From: Spirochaetota bacterium
GTDB lineage: Bacteria; Spirochaetota; UBA4802; UBA5550
DNA: 14,502 bases
Direction: 5' to 3'
Assembly: GCA_050298055.1 (NCBI GenBank)
Contig: JBNKTL010000068.1
Span: 1-14,502 of the forward strand
The notes below the pieces were generated by a model. It had not been told where the DNA came from and did not search any database. It worked only from the letters and a program-made list of their open reading frames with translations. This document shows positions 1 to 7,542 of the stretch, piece after piece. Each line of letters begins with the position of its first letter. The first letter of the stretch is position 1. The position numbers and the translations under genes are program-made.

Positions 1-2
1 AG

Positions 3-1499
3 GTCTATTTTACATTTAAAGATATTAAAGAAATTAATTCAACAATAACGGATATAAAGAAGAAAATATTTAGTGATAAGAAAAATAATGTAGAAGCTTA
101 TCAAGATATTAAAAGTATATTTTCTCAACAAGATTCACAGACCAAAGCTGCAAATGGACCAATAAGAAAAGCAATCAACGTCACACTTCTTACTGAAATG
201 ATATCCAAAAGAGTATCTGAATTCAAGCTTAAGCTGCTCAATGACGCTCTCCATAAGATGGCAGAAAAAAAAGGTGATCCTGACATCATTGATTATGCCA
301 ATTATGATTTATTTAAAACGATTACTAACGAACTTTTCGATTTCCATACATCCGAATCGTCAGGACAAAATTTATTAAAAAGCTTTTTAAGATTTTCTTT
401 TGTATCAGTTATATCAATGATGGAAGAAGATCAAAATGTTAAATTTTGGCAAGAAATTTTAAAAGAAAATTACATTAATAATATTGCTCTGAAAAGAAAT
501 GTAACATACTGGTATTTGCAAAAGCAATTATATATGAATAACAAGAAATTGGGAAAATTCTTTAAATGGATGGATTTTGACACATTTATTGATGATGAAG
601 TAATGATAAAAAACAAAATTGATGAATATATTAATAAAGAAAAAACATTAAGTAAATTTAATTCTCTTTTTAACGAAATAAATGAAATCATAAATAATGT
701 TGATATCCATATGCTGATAAGTGAATATAAATCTAAGGCAGGAAATATTAATGATAAAATCTTAAAAGGATTATTTGAAAAATTAGAAAATAGATTCTAT
801 AATGAAGATAAGTATCCTTACTTTAAAATAATGGATCTTCTTGCGAAAATTTCAATTTCCAATGATGATCCGGAAGCCGTTTTATCATATTCGAAAGAAA
901 TCATCAAATCATGCAGCAGGATTGTTTACAGTTACTATATCAAGAAAAAGGATGAAAAAGCAATAAAAGCATATAAAAAAATAAACTTTACCATTAATGC
1001 GATAACGGATAATATAGTTTATAAAAAAGAAGAAAATAAATATCTATTCAACACGGAAAAAGCGATAGAACCTTTCATAAAAAAGGCAGAAATATTTAAC
1101 GCGAACAATACTTTCTTTTTTCATTTTGCCATAGGTATGGGGTATATGAGAAGCTGGCGAAGTGATGATGATATTGAAAAGTTTGAAAGAGAGGGGAGAA
1201 CATATTCACTGGTTTCAGAGCAGATCGGATTCGGGTGGCAGTTTGGTCCCTGGCTTGACGGAAGATTTAAACTTAAATGTGGTTTATACGGTTCCGGTAT
1301 TCTTTATAAATTAGTTGAAGATAATGAAGAGAGTGACAGTATCATTTTCGGACCATTTATAGCCTTTGAATTTTATAAATTATTTCAGTTTTATGTTGCA
1401 CCCATATCTTTGAACTACCTGCCCAACTCAAAAGAATGGGACAGGGGTATTTCTGTCGGAGTCACAATTCCTCTGGGGGATTATCTCAGTGAGTTGTAG
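3..1499 (+). CDS. Hypothetical large protein, 5'-truncated; helical N-terminal region and a predicted C-terminal outer-membrane beta-barrel-like domain
   Basis: I read the frame of ORF 198..1499 as open from position 3 (VYFTFKDIKEIN...LLTEM), so the real start lies outside the window. The last ~130 aa contain alternating hydrophobic, Gly/aromatic-rich strands (FFFHFAIGMGY, QIGFGWQF, FKLKCGLYGSG, IFGPFIAFEF, FQFYVAP, GISVGVTIP). DNA is very AT-rich. Confidence 0.7.
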   Translation, partial: VYFTFKDIKEINSTITDIKKKIFSDKKNNVEAYQDIKSIFSQQDSQTKAANGPIRKAINVTLLTEMISKRVSEFKLKLLNDALHKMAEKKGDPDIIDYANYDLFKTITNELFDFHTSESSGQNLLKSFLRFSFVSVISMMEEDQNVKFWQEILKENYINNIALKRNVTYWYLQKQLYMNNKKLGKFFKWMDFDTFIDDEVMIKNKIDEYINKEKTLSKFNSLFNEINEIINNVDIHMLISEYKSKAGNINDKILKGLFEKLENRFYNEDKYPYFKIMDLLAKISISNDDPEAVLSYSKEIIKSCSRIVYSYYIKKKDEKAIKAYKKINFTINAITDNIVYKKEENKYLFNTEKAIEPFIKKAEIFNANNTFFFHFAIGMGYMRSWRSDDDIEKFEREGRTYSLVSEQIGFGWQFGPWLDGRFKLKCGLYGSGILYKLVEDNEESDSIIFGPFIAFEFYKLFQFYVAPISLNYLPNSKEWDRGISVGVTIPLGDYLSEL

Positions 1500-1551
1500 G
1501 CAGAGAGAAGAGATAAACCGGTTTTAATTATTTATTATGAGGAAATTGAGC

Positions 1552-2037
1552 ATGAGAAAAATCCATTTCATAATAATAGTCATAATATTCATTAGCAATA
1601 ATAGCTGCAATAAAGGAAATGAAAAAAGCAATAATTTGAAAACAAAAAATATCTCCTGTGATTTTGAAAGGTCCTTTGCTGAATCATATAAAAAATCACT
1701 GGAAAAGATAAAAAGGAAACAGGATCTTACGATTGAAGATGCAAGAGAAGTCATATACGCATTAAAAAATGTACCCGGTGATGGTTACTGCAGAGAATAT
1801 AAAGAAAGAATGAAAGAAGAATCCTACAAAACTTTATCTTTACTTAAAAAAGGTATATCAGAAAGCCTGTTTGAATTATGCAGACAGGAAGTTCCTTCCA
1901 ATTCAAAAGATCTTGAACTGATATCTGCAATTGTAAATGAGATTAATGCATCAAAAAAAGCATTGGAATATATTAATGAAGATATGAGTAGATGCAGTTC
2001 CAATAGTGAAAATGATGACTTTTATAAATTGAAATAG
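1552..2037 (+). CDS. Hypothetical lipoprotein (Cys-containing, helical)
   Basis: ORF 1537..2037. GAGGA at 1539-1543 lies 8 nt before the ATG at 1552, favouring that start. The N-terminus MRKIHFIIIVIIFISNNS-C has a basic n-region, hydrophobic h-region and a putative lipidated Cys. Four further Cys residues follow. Confidence 0.7.
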   Translation: MRKIHFIIIVIIFISNNSCNKGNEKSNNLKTKNISCDFERSFAESYKKSLEKIKRKQDLTIEDAREVIYALKNVPGDGYCREYKERMKEESYKTLSLLKKGISESLFELCRQEVPSNSKDLELISAIVNEINASKKALEYINEDMSRCSSNSENDDFYKLK

Positions 2038-2072
2038 GTTAACTATAAAACTTTTTGAATAAGGAGAAGATT

Positions 2073-3881
2073 TTACTCCCCGTGAAAAAAATCATAGATC
2101 TTCTTCGCCGTCTTCTCCCCGATCCCCTCTACCTTCCGCAGTTCCTCTACACCGGCCTCCCGTATTCCCTTTACCGATTTGAATTTCTGAATAAGAAGTT
2201 TCCGGGTCTTCGCTCCCACTTCGGGGATGCTGTCGAGCACTGACTGTTTCATGTTTTTGTCACGGAGCACCCGGTGGTAGGAGACCGCGAACCGGTGTGC
2301 CTCGTCCCTGATCTGCCTGATGATCGTAAGGCCCGGTGAGCTCTCCGGGAGCCTCAGGGGGTCCCTTTCCGTATCGAAGTAGATCTCCTCGAACCTCTTT
2401 GCGATGGAGATGATCTTTATCTCAACATCGAAGTTGGCCGCAGCTTCCCTGGCCCGGGAGAGCTGGGTCTTTCCCCCGTCCACAACAAGGAGGCCGGGAA
2501 GTTCCCGCTCCTCGTTCACCAGGTACTGTATCCGCCGGGAGACCGCTTCATGCATCATTGCCGGGTCGTTGGGAGTGCTCATTCCCCGTATCCGGTATCT
2601 CCTGTAATCATCCCTGCTGGGCTTCCCCTCCCTGAACATTACCATTGAGGCAACAGCATGGGTCCCCTGGATGTTGGAGATGTCGAAACATTCAATGATC
2701 CCCGGTTCTTTATCCAGGCCCAGGAGCTCCCTGAGTTCGCGGAGACCGGCCTGCAGGGCCTCATTCTCCCCGTCCCCCCGCCTCTCCGCGGCAACGAGAT
2801 CGAGGTTCTTGATGATCATTTTCAAGATGCCCTGGTCGTCCCTTCCCGAGGGGGGGACCACCATTGTCTTCCGCGAGGCTTTCCCGGTAAGGTATTCTTC
2901 AACCAGGTGCCTGTCGCTTACCGGGTACTGGGTCACGATCTTCGGAGGTATCTCCGTCTCCCTGAAATGTTCCAGGAGAAAGGTCCTGATAATGTCTCCC
3001 GGCTCCGAGTATTCCACGTTGTCGTAAACCGATATCTTTCTCCCGATGAGCACACCCTTCCTGAACTGGAAGAGGAGGAGAACGGCCTCTCCCCGTTCCA
3101 CGGCTATCCCCACGTAGTCCCGGTCATTTCCAATGGGAACGGCCACCTTCTGGTCCTCGGAGAGCTTCCGGATATCGAAGATGATGTCCCTGATCCCCGA
3201 GGCCTGTTCATACTTATACACGGCGGAATAGCTCTTCATCATCTTCTCCAGGTTTTCGAGAACGGGATCTATGTTCCCTTCCAGGAAACTTACGGCATTC
3301 TCCACGAGGGACCTGTACTCGGCGGCGCTTATTTGTCCGGTGCATATCCCGCTGCACCTTTTCATCTGGAAGTTGAGGCAGGGCCTTTCTCCCTTCTTCA
3401 GGGGGATCTCCTTTTTGCAGGTCTTCAGCTTGAAGGTGCTGTTGATCATGGAGATGATGTTTTTCGCGGCCCGGGCGTCGGTGTAGGGCCCGAAGTACCT
3501 GTCCCCGCCGCTTTTCAGGTTCCGGGTGTAGATGACCCGGGGGTAGTCCTCGGTGAGGGTCACGGCGATATAGGGATACTTCTTATCGTCCTTCTTCCTG
3601 ACGTTATATTTCGGCTTGTGCTGCTGGATGAGGCTGCTTTCCAGTATCAGTGCCTCGATCTCGGTGTCGGTGATGATATACTCGATATCGGCTATGGCCT
3701 TTACCAGGACCCGTGTCTTGATATCGGTCTCCGATTTCGTAAAGTAGGAAGAGACCCGCTTCTTCAAAGAGGCGGCCTTGCCGATGTAGATGATCCTGTG
3801 TCCCTTCTCCTTCATCAGGTAGACGCCGGGCTGTTCGGGGATGGCGGAGAATTTTTTCTTTATTTCAGTTTTGTCCGGCAT
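2073..3881 (-). CDS. uvrC: Excinuclease ABC subunit C
   Basis: GIY-YIG domain (PGVYLMK...IIYIGKA..LKKRVSSYF), four-Cys region (TC...PCL..QMKRCSGIC), UVR region, RNase H-like domain (IECFDISN, DGGKTQL, RDEAHRFA) and C-terminal tandem HhH (IPEVGAK, VEGIGEK); 602 aa. Confidence 0.97.
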   Translation of the reverse strand: MPDKTEIKKKFSAIPEQPGVYLMKEKGHRIIYIGKAASLKKRVSSYFTKSETDIKTRVLVKAIADIEYIITDTEIEALILESSLIQQHKPKYNVRKKDDKKYPYIAVTLTEDYPRVIYTRNLKSGGDRYFGPYTDARAAKNIISMINSTFKLKTCKKEIPLKKGERPCLNFQMKRCSGICTGQISAAEYRSLVENAVSFLEGNIDPVLENLEKMMKSYSAVYKYEQASGIRDIIFDIRKLSEDQKVAVPIGNDRDYVGIAVERGEAVLLLFQFRKGVLIGRKISVYDNVEYSEPGDIIRTFLLEHFRETEIPPKIVTQYPVSDRHLVEEYLTGKASRKTMVVPPSGRDDQGILKMIIKNLDLVAAERRGDGENEALQAGLRELRELLGLDKEPGIIECFDISNIQGTHAVASMVMFREGKPSRDDYRRYRIRGMSTPNDPAMMHEAVSRRIQYLVNEERELPGLLVVDGGKTQLSRAREAAANFDVEIKIISIAKRFEEIYFDTERDPLRLPESSPGLTIIRQIRDEAHRFAVSYHRVLRDKNMKQSVLDSIPEVGAKTRKLLIQKFKSVKGIREAGVEELRKVEGIGEKTAKKIYDFFHGE

Positions 3882-4959
3882 TCAGCTTTATCATCTTTTC
3901 GACTTTTTCCATGTACTTACGGGTAAGTTCATAATCGGGTCTTATCTCCCGGGCCTTCCCGAACATCTCCATTGAGAGCCGGTACTGCTTGAGCCGCGCG
4001 TAGGCAACGCCCAGGTTAAAGTAGCTCCCGTGGCCCTCCGGTTTCATGAGGAGAATCGCCCTGAAGATTGATACGGCGTCTTCGAAGCTGTTCCCCTTCA
4101 GGAGCTCCACACCCTTTCTGAACATCTCACCCAGGGGCCCTTTGGCCGACATCTCCTTGAGTTCGTCAACAAGACTGTTGAAAGAGGAGGCAAGCTCATT
4201 AAGCTGTTCATCGTCGGTTTCTTTGATGCTGATATCATACTCACCCTTTGCCGCCTTTGAGATGGAGCGGGTGAGGTTGGATATGAGAAGTGAATAGTTA
4301 TTGATAAAGATCATCGTAAGGATTGAAACGGCAAGGACAAGGACAAAGCTCACCACGGCCATGACTCTTCTGAGAAAATTTATGGACCGGCTGTAATCGG
4401 CCATGAGATGGTAGGTGTCCGACGCGGCCACCAGGTATTGGAGGATATAATTTCTCTTTTTCGATTTATACGAGCTGTAGATACTCTGCCAGTAGATGTT
4501 GTCCCGGGAGTAGATTTCCGGGTCCGCCACAGTGGAGAGCCGGGCGCGGCGCAGATAGTTTTTCTCCTTGTTCTCCTTTATCTTTTTCCCGTGGTCGAGG
4601 CTGAAGCTGATACTGCTGCTCACCGGGACCTCTCCCGCGACCCTGAAGAAGTTGTCATCCCCTGTTGTCCGGTAGATTATGACAGAGAGAAATCCCCTGT
4701 TTTCCCTGCAGAATTTCCCGAGACTTTTTTTCAGCACCCTGAGGCTTCCCGGTTTTACCAGGTCCAGGTAGTGGCGGACGTTTTCCACCCGTCCCAGGGA
4801 GAGCCTGCTGCTGTTCTCCTTCAGGGTCTTCTCCATGATCCCCGTGCTCCTTCTCATGGCCGCGTTAAAGAGGAGCGCCGTTGCAATGATCAGGAGAGAG
4901 AAGACAACGGAGATTGTCAGGATATATTTTTTTGATATTGAGGAGTCCTTCTGTTTCAT
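3865..4959 (-). CDS. Membrane protein: TM - extracytoplasmic domain - TM - HAMP - C-terminal TPR repeats
   Basis: Two hydrophobic segments (YILTISVVFSLLIIATALLF; VMAVVSFVLVLAVSILTMIFI). HAMP-like segment (ISNLTRSISKAAKGEYD...DEQLNELASSFNSLVDEL). TPR-like helices (SYFNLGVAYARLKQYRLSMEMFGKAREIRPDY). Overlaps the uvrC start by 17 nt. Confidence 0.8.
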   Translation of the reverse strand: MKQKDSSISKKYILTISVVFSLLIIATALLFNAAMRRSTGIMEKTLKENSSRLSLGRVENVRHYLDLVKPGSLRVLKKSLGKFCRENRGFLSVIIYRTTGDDNFFRVAGEVPVSSSISFSLDHGKKIKENKEKNYLRRARLSTVADPEIYSRDNIYWQSIYSSYKSKKRNYILQYLVAASDTYHLMADYSRSINFLRRVMAVVSFVLVLAVSILTMIFINNYSLLISNLTRSISKAAKGEYDISIKETDDEQLNELASSFNSLVDELKEMSAKGPLGEMFRKGVELLKGNSFEDAVSIFRAILLMKPEGHGSYFNLGVAYARLKQYRLSMEMFGKAREIRPDYELTRKYMEKVEKMIKLNAGQN

Positions 4960-5045
4960 TTTTCACCCGGGGTCACAGTGTTATTTTATGATAGTATTAA
5001 GGTTCGGGGAATTGCTGTATACAATTTTTTTATTTCAAATTATTT

Positions 5046-5066
5046 ATCCATAATCCATAATTTAAT
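5046..5066. repeat. Short heptamer tandem repeat (ATCCATA x2 plus a degenerate copy)
   Basis: atccata-atccata-atttaat at 5046-5066. Confidence 0.4.
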
Positions 5067-5076
5067 AGAAAGATTT

Positions 5077-5282
5077 GAACCGCCAAGGCGCAAAGTCCGC
5101 AAAGTTATTTTTTCATTTAGATTATTTTTTATCCCTGTATCTTCCTTATTATTTCCCCCATCTCCCGGTTGGAGTGCAGAATATTTCACCAAAATCTTAT
5201 GCCACCTCAGGGGGGAGGGGGATTCTCTTCGTGTGAAATCTTTCTTTTTCTTTCCTTTGCGTACTTAGCGCCTTTGCGGTTC
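5077..5282. mobile_element. Non-autonomous MITE/REP-like element with 28-bp imperfect terminal inverted repeats
   Basis: Left arm 5077-5104 GAACCGCCAAGGCGCAAAGTCCGCAAAG versus reverse complement of right arm 5255-5282 GAACCGCAAAGGCGCTAAGTACGCAAAG: 25/28 identical. No credible internal ORF. Confidence 0.65.
5153..5227. repeat. Degenerate copy of a ~75-bp dispersed C-run/G-run palindromic repeat (partner at 11816-11894, inverted)
   Basis: Core 5181-5203 ATATTTCACCAAAATCTTATGCC matches the reverse complement of 11842-11864 at 22/23 positions; the flanking C/G runs also align. Confidence 0.85.
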
Positions 5283-5297
5283 CAACTCTTCCTTCCC

Positions 5298-5322
5298 AAC
5301 ACGAAACTCGTAACCCGGAACT
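5298..5322. repeat. Heptamer tandem repeat AACNCGN x3.5
   Basis: aacacga-aactcgt-aacccgg-aact. Confidence 0.55.
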
Positions 5323-5335
5323 ATCTTTATCTCAC

Positions 5336-6994
5336 TCAATCCCCCATCCTCACCGCGTTAAAGACATACTCCTCAACCTTAATCTCCTTCTCCTCCAGAA
5401 AGGACCTGAACTCATCCAGGGAGGCAAAGGGGCGCCTGAGAACAATCTCCGAAGCGGCCTTTTTACTTATTCCGGTAATGGAACTGAGGGCCGTGTCAGG
5501 GAGGGTGTTCGCGTTAAAGGGAAAAGGGAGGGCCTCCAGGGACCTCTCCCTGTGACCGGTAACCACCGAATCGGTGAAACTTCCCGGTTCCAGCTCAACG
5601 GGAAAGCGCGCCGTTATGGAGTAGCTTGCTATCTGTTTCCCGTAAGAAGATCCCGCGTAACTGTCAAGTACCTGTATATCTTTTATCACGGTACCCCGGG
5701 GATAGATCTCTTTGAGCATGTAATTATCGATTTCTTTCCGTATCTTTTCCCGGTAGTATTCAAACCTGTTCACTGTTCTCCGGTTCATTACGGGGGGCTT
5801 CCCGCCCAGGGGGGTCCCGGGATGGGGGAGGAGCTTCCTGATGTTGATCCTCTTGACAAGGAGGCCGGCTTCCCTGATACTGAGAAGGTTCTCGTAGTTG
5901 ATCCTGAAGGTCTCGTCCGTCTCGCCCGCAAGACCATGTATCAGGTTGATCCCCGGGAGGAGCACCGGTATCCCCTCTTCTCTTCTGCCGCCGATTTCAT
6001 TGACAAGCCTTACCGCCGTCAGGGCATCTTCGCTCCCTACCTTCAGGTTGTTTTTTGTAATGACCTCCGGGTCGAAGGACTCTATTCCCAGGGCCAGGGT
6101 GTCTCCCGGGGTCACGGCCCCGGCAATGGCTTCAAGGATCATTGCCGATTTTTCGGGAAAGTTCGCTATGGTCCCGGGATTTCCGTTGTCGATGTTCAGG
6201 ACGCTGATAAGTCCCGTGTTACGGCGCTTTTTCAGTTCGTTAAAAAGGAGGATGACGGGGGCCGGGTCCGGTTCGGGAAAGCCGTTCCGGTACCGGGAAA
6301 GGGTCGACCGGAACTGGAGTATATCGGCCTGCCTTCCCAGGCGAAAACGTGAGATGCCGTGGGCGATCAGTTTGTCCACTTCCGCCAGGATATCCTCCAC
6401 CTCCCTGAAGTCAGGTTCTCCCGACTGCCCCTCCACGCAGAAACTGCAGTGCTTCTCCCGGGGACACCCCCTGTAGGTCTCGATCTCGCAGATGACGTCG
6501 GGATAGAAGGGGCTCATCTTCACCACGCCGGCCCCCCGAATAGACCAGACGGCTATCTCCTCCGAGGTGCGGCAGAGATCCTCCCCGCCGGATTTTACAA
6601 AGCCCGCGGCGAACTTCTCGATGTCGTTTTTTACGGTCAATACGTTTTTATAACCGCTCCCGATAAGTTCCGAAGCGTGGCCTCCCGCGATGAAGAACTG
6701 CCTGCTGTTGCCCGTGAGGATCTTTTCAATTTCCCTCACGGTCCCGATCTCGGCGCCCAGGTACTTGCCCGGTACTACGGCGCCCCCGATGAGGAAGACT
6801 GCTTCATATTCTCTGCCCAGCCAGTAGTCCCTGTCCCTGAGAGTATCGATTGTTTCATAGTAGATATTTTCTGGATCGGCCCCCGATGTGAGAAGGGCTC
6901 CGTAGATGTAGCGGGGGTAGGGGGATATGAACGGCGGTACACCGAGGCAGGCCGGTTCGTCAACATAGCAGTCGAGTATCAGGTATCTTTTCAT
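5336..6994 (-). CDS. Radical SAM protein with C-terminal helix-hairpin-helix (COG1031-like, function unknown)
   Basis: Cluster motif ETYRG-CPREKHCSFC (CX5CX2C; C177/C183/C186). N-terminal D.YVDEPA.LGVPP.IS.YPRY signature; FRLGRQAD, IDNGNP, GIESFD, GINLIHGL, RINIR and GKQIASY motifs. HhH-like tail (LSSITGISKKAASEIVLRRPF). Family assignment is from recalled signatures. Confidence 0.85.
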   Translation of the reverse strand: MKRYLILDCYVDEPACLGVPPFISPYPRYIYGALLTSGADPENIYYETIDTLRDRDYWLGREYEAVFLIGGAVVPGKYLGAEIGTVREIEKILTGNSRQFFIAGGHASELIGSGYKNVLTVKNDIEKFAAGFVKSGGEDLCRTSEEIAVWSIRGAGVVKMSPFYPDVICEIETYRGCPREKHCSFCVEGQSGEPDFREVEDILAEVDKLIAHGISRFRLGRQADILQFRSTLSRYRNGFPEPDPAPVILLFNELKKRRNTGLISVLNIDNGNPGTIANFPEKSAMILEAIAGAVTPGDTLALGIESFDPEVITKNNLKVGSEDALTAVRLVNEIGGRREEGIPVLLPGINLIHGLAGETDETFRINYENLLSIREAGLLVKRINIRKLLPHPGTPLGGKPPVMNRRTVNRFEYYREKIRKEIDNYMLKEIYPRGTVIKDIQVLDSYAGSSYGKQIASYSITARFPVELEPGSFTDSVVTGHRERSLEALPFPFNANTLPDTALSSITGISKKAASEIVLRRPFASLDEFRSFLEEKEIKVEEYVFNAVRMGD

Positions 6995-7542
6995 AGCTTC
7001 TCAAGGGCAGTGTCGATGTCAGTGCTAAGATGTTTCCGGATCTTCTCCTCCAGGCTGTGGATCTTTTTCCTGCTCTTTTCGATAAATTCACGGTCCATCT
7101 CTTCGAGTTTGTATCTCTCCACGATATCATCCAGCCTCCGGTCAATGCTGACAATGGTGTCGTGCATGACCCTCTTGTCCGCGTAATGGACGATCTCCCA
7201 CTCCTCCAGGGGGCCTTCGGGGACGAACTCCTCCAGGAACACATGCCGCTCCACGATCCCGGCTATCCTCTCATGTCCCAGCTCCCTTAATATCTTTCCC
7301 CCGGTGAGATCATGCCTGAAGTCCTTTGTTTTTATGGAGTGTGACTTCGCGATATCATGGAGGAGGGCGGAAGCGGCTATGAGCTCCCGGTCTATCTTCA
7401 CCCCCTCCCTGAGCCTGTCCGTAATGGCCAGGGAAACATTCTTCACCTGCTGCGAATGGGCAAGTATATTGGGAAGCACTCCATGTTCATCCAGCAGTGC
7501 CAGGCACTCCTTCTCATCGGGGTATTTTTTCCGGTTATTCAT
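6991..7542 (-). CDS. HD-domain (HDIG-type) metal-dependent phosphohydrolase
   Basis: H...HD...H...H...D pattern: AHSQQV, ALLHDIAK, RHDLTG, VERH, VHYADKRV. ATGA overlap with the radical SAM start. Confidence 0.9.
   Translation of the reverse strand: MNNRKKYPDEKECLALLDEHGVLPNILAHSQQVKNVSLAITDRLREGVKIDRELIAASALLHDIAKSHSIKTKDFRHDLTGGKILRELGHERIAGIVERHVFLEEFVPEGPLEEWEIVHYADKRVMHDTIVSIDRRLDDIVERYKLEEMDREFIEKSRKKIHSLEEKIRKHLSTDIDTALEKL

Noticed and set aside
2658..3926. 422-aa plus-strand ORF and other ORFs antisense to uvrC
   Set aside because: Shadow frames of a GC-rich gene; no recognisable motifs and fully overlapping a clear uvrC.
5010..5026. AATTG-N7-CAATT dyad upstream of the HAMP-TPR/uvrC unit as an SOS (LexA) box
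   Set aside because: Does not match LexA consensus sequences I know; short and AT-rich, so likely chance.
5077..5322. Possible CRISPR array
   Set aside because: The repeats are inverted or heptameric, not direct repeats with regular unique spacers; no cas genes in the window.
4978..5555. ORFs 4978..5268 and 5169..5555
   Set aside because: They translate the repeat stack and antisense radical SAM sequence. The peptide similarity to ORF 11040..11909 (IFHxNLMPP) reflects the DNA repeat, not a protein family.
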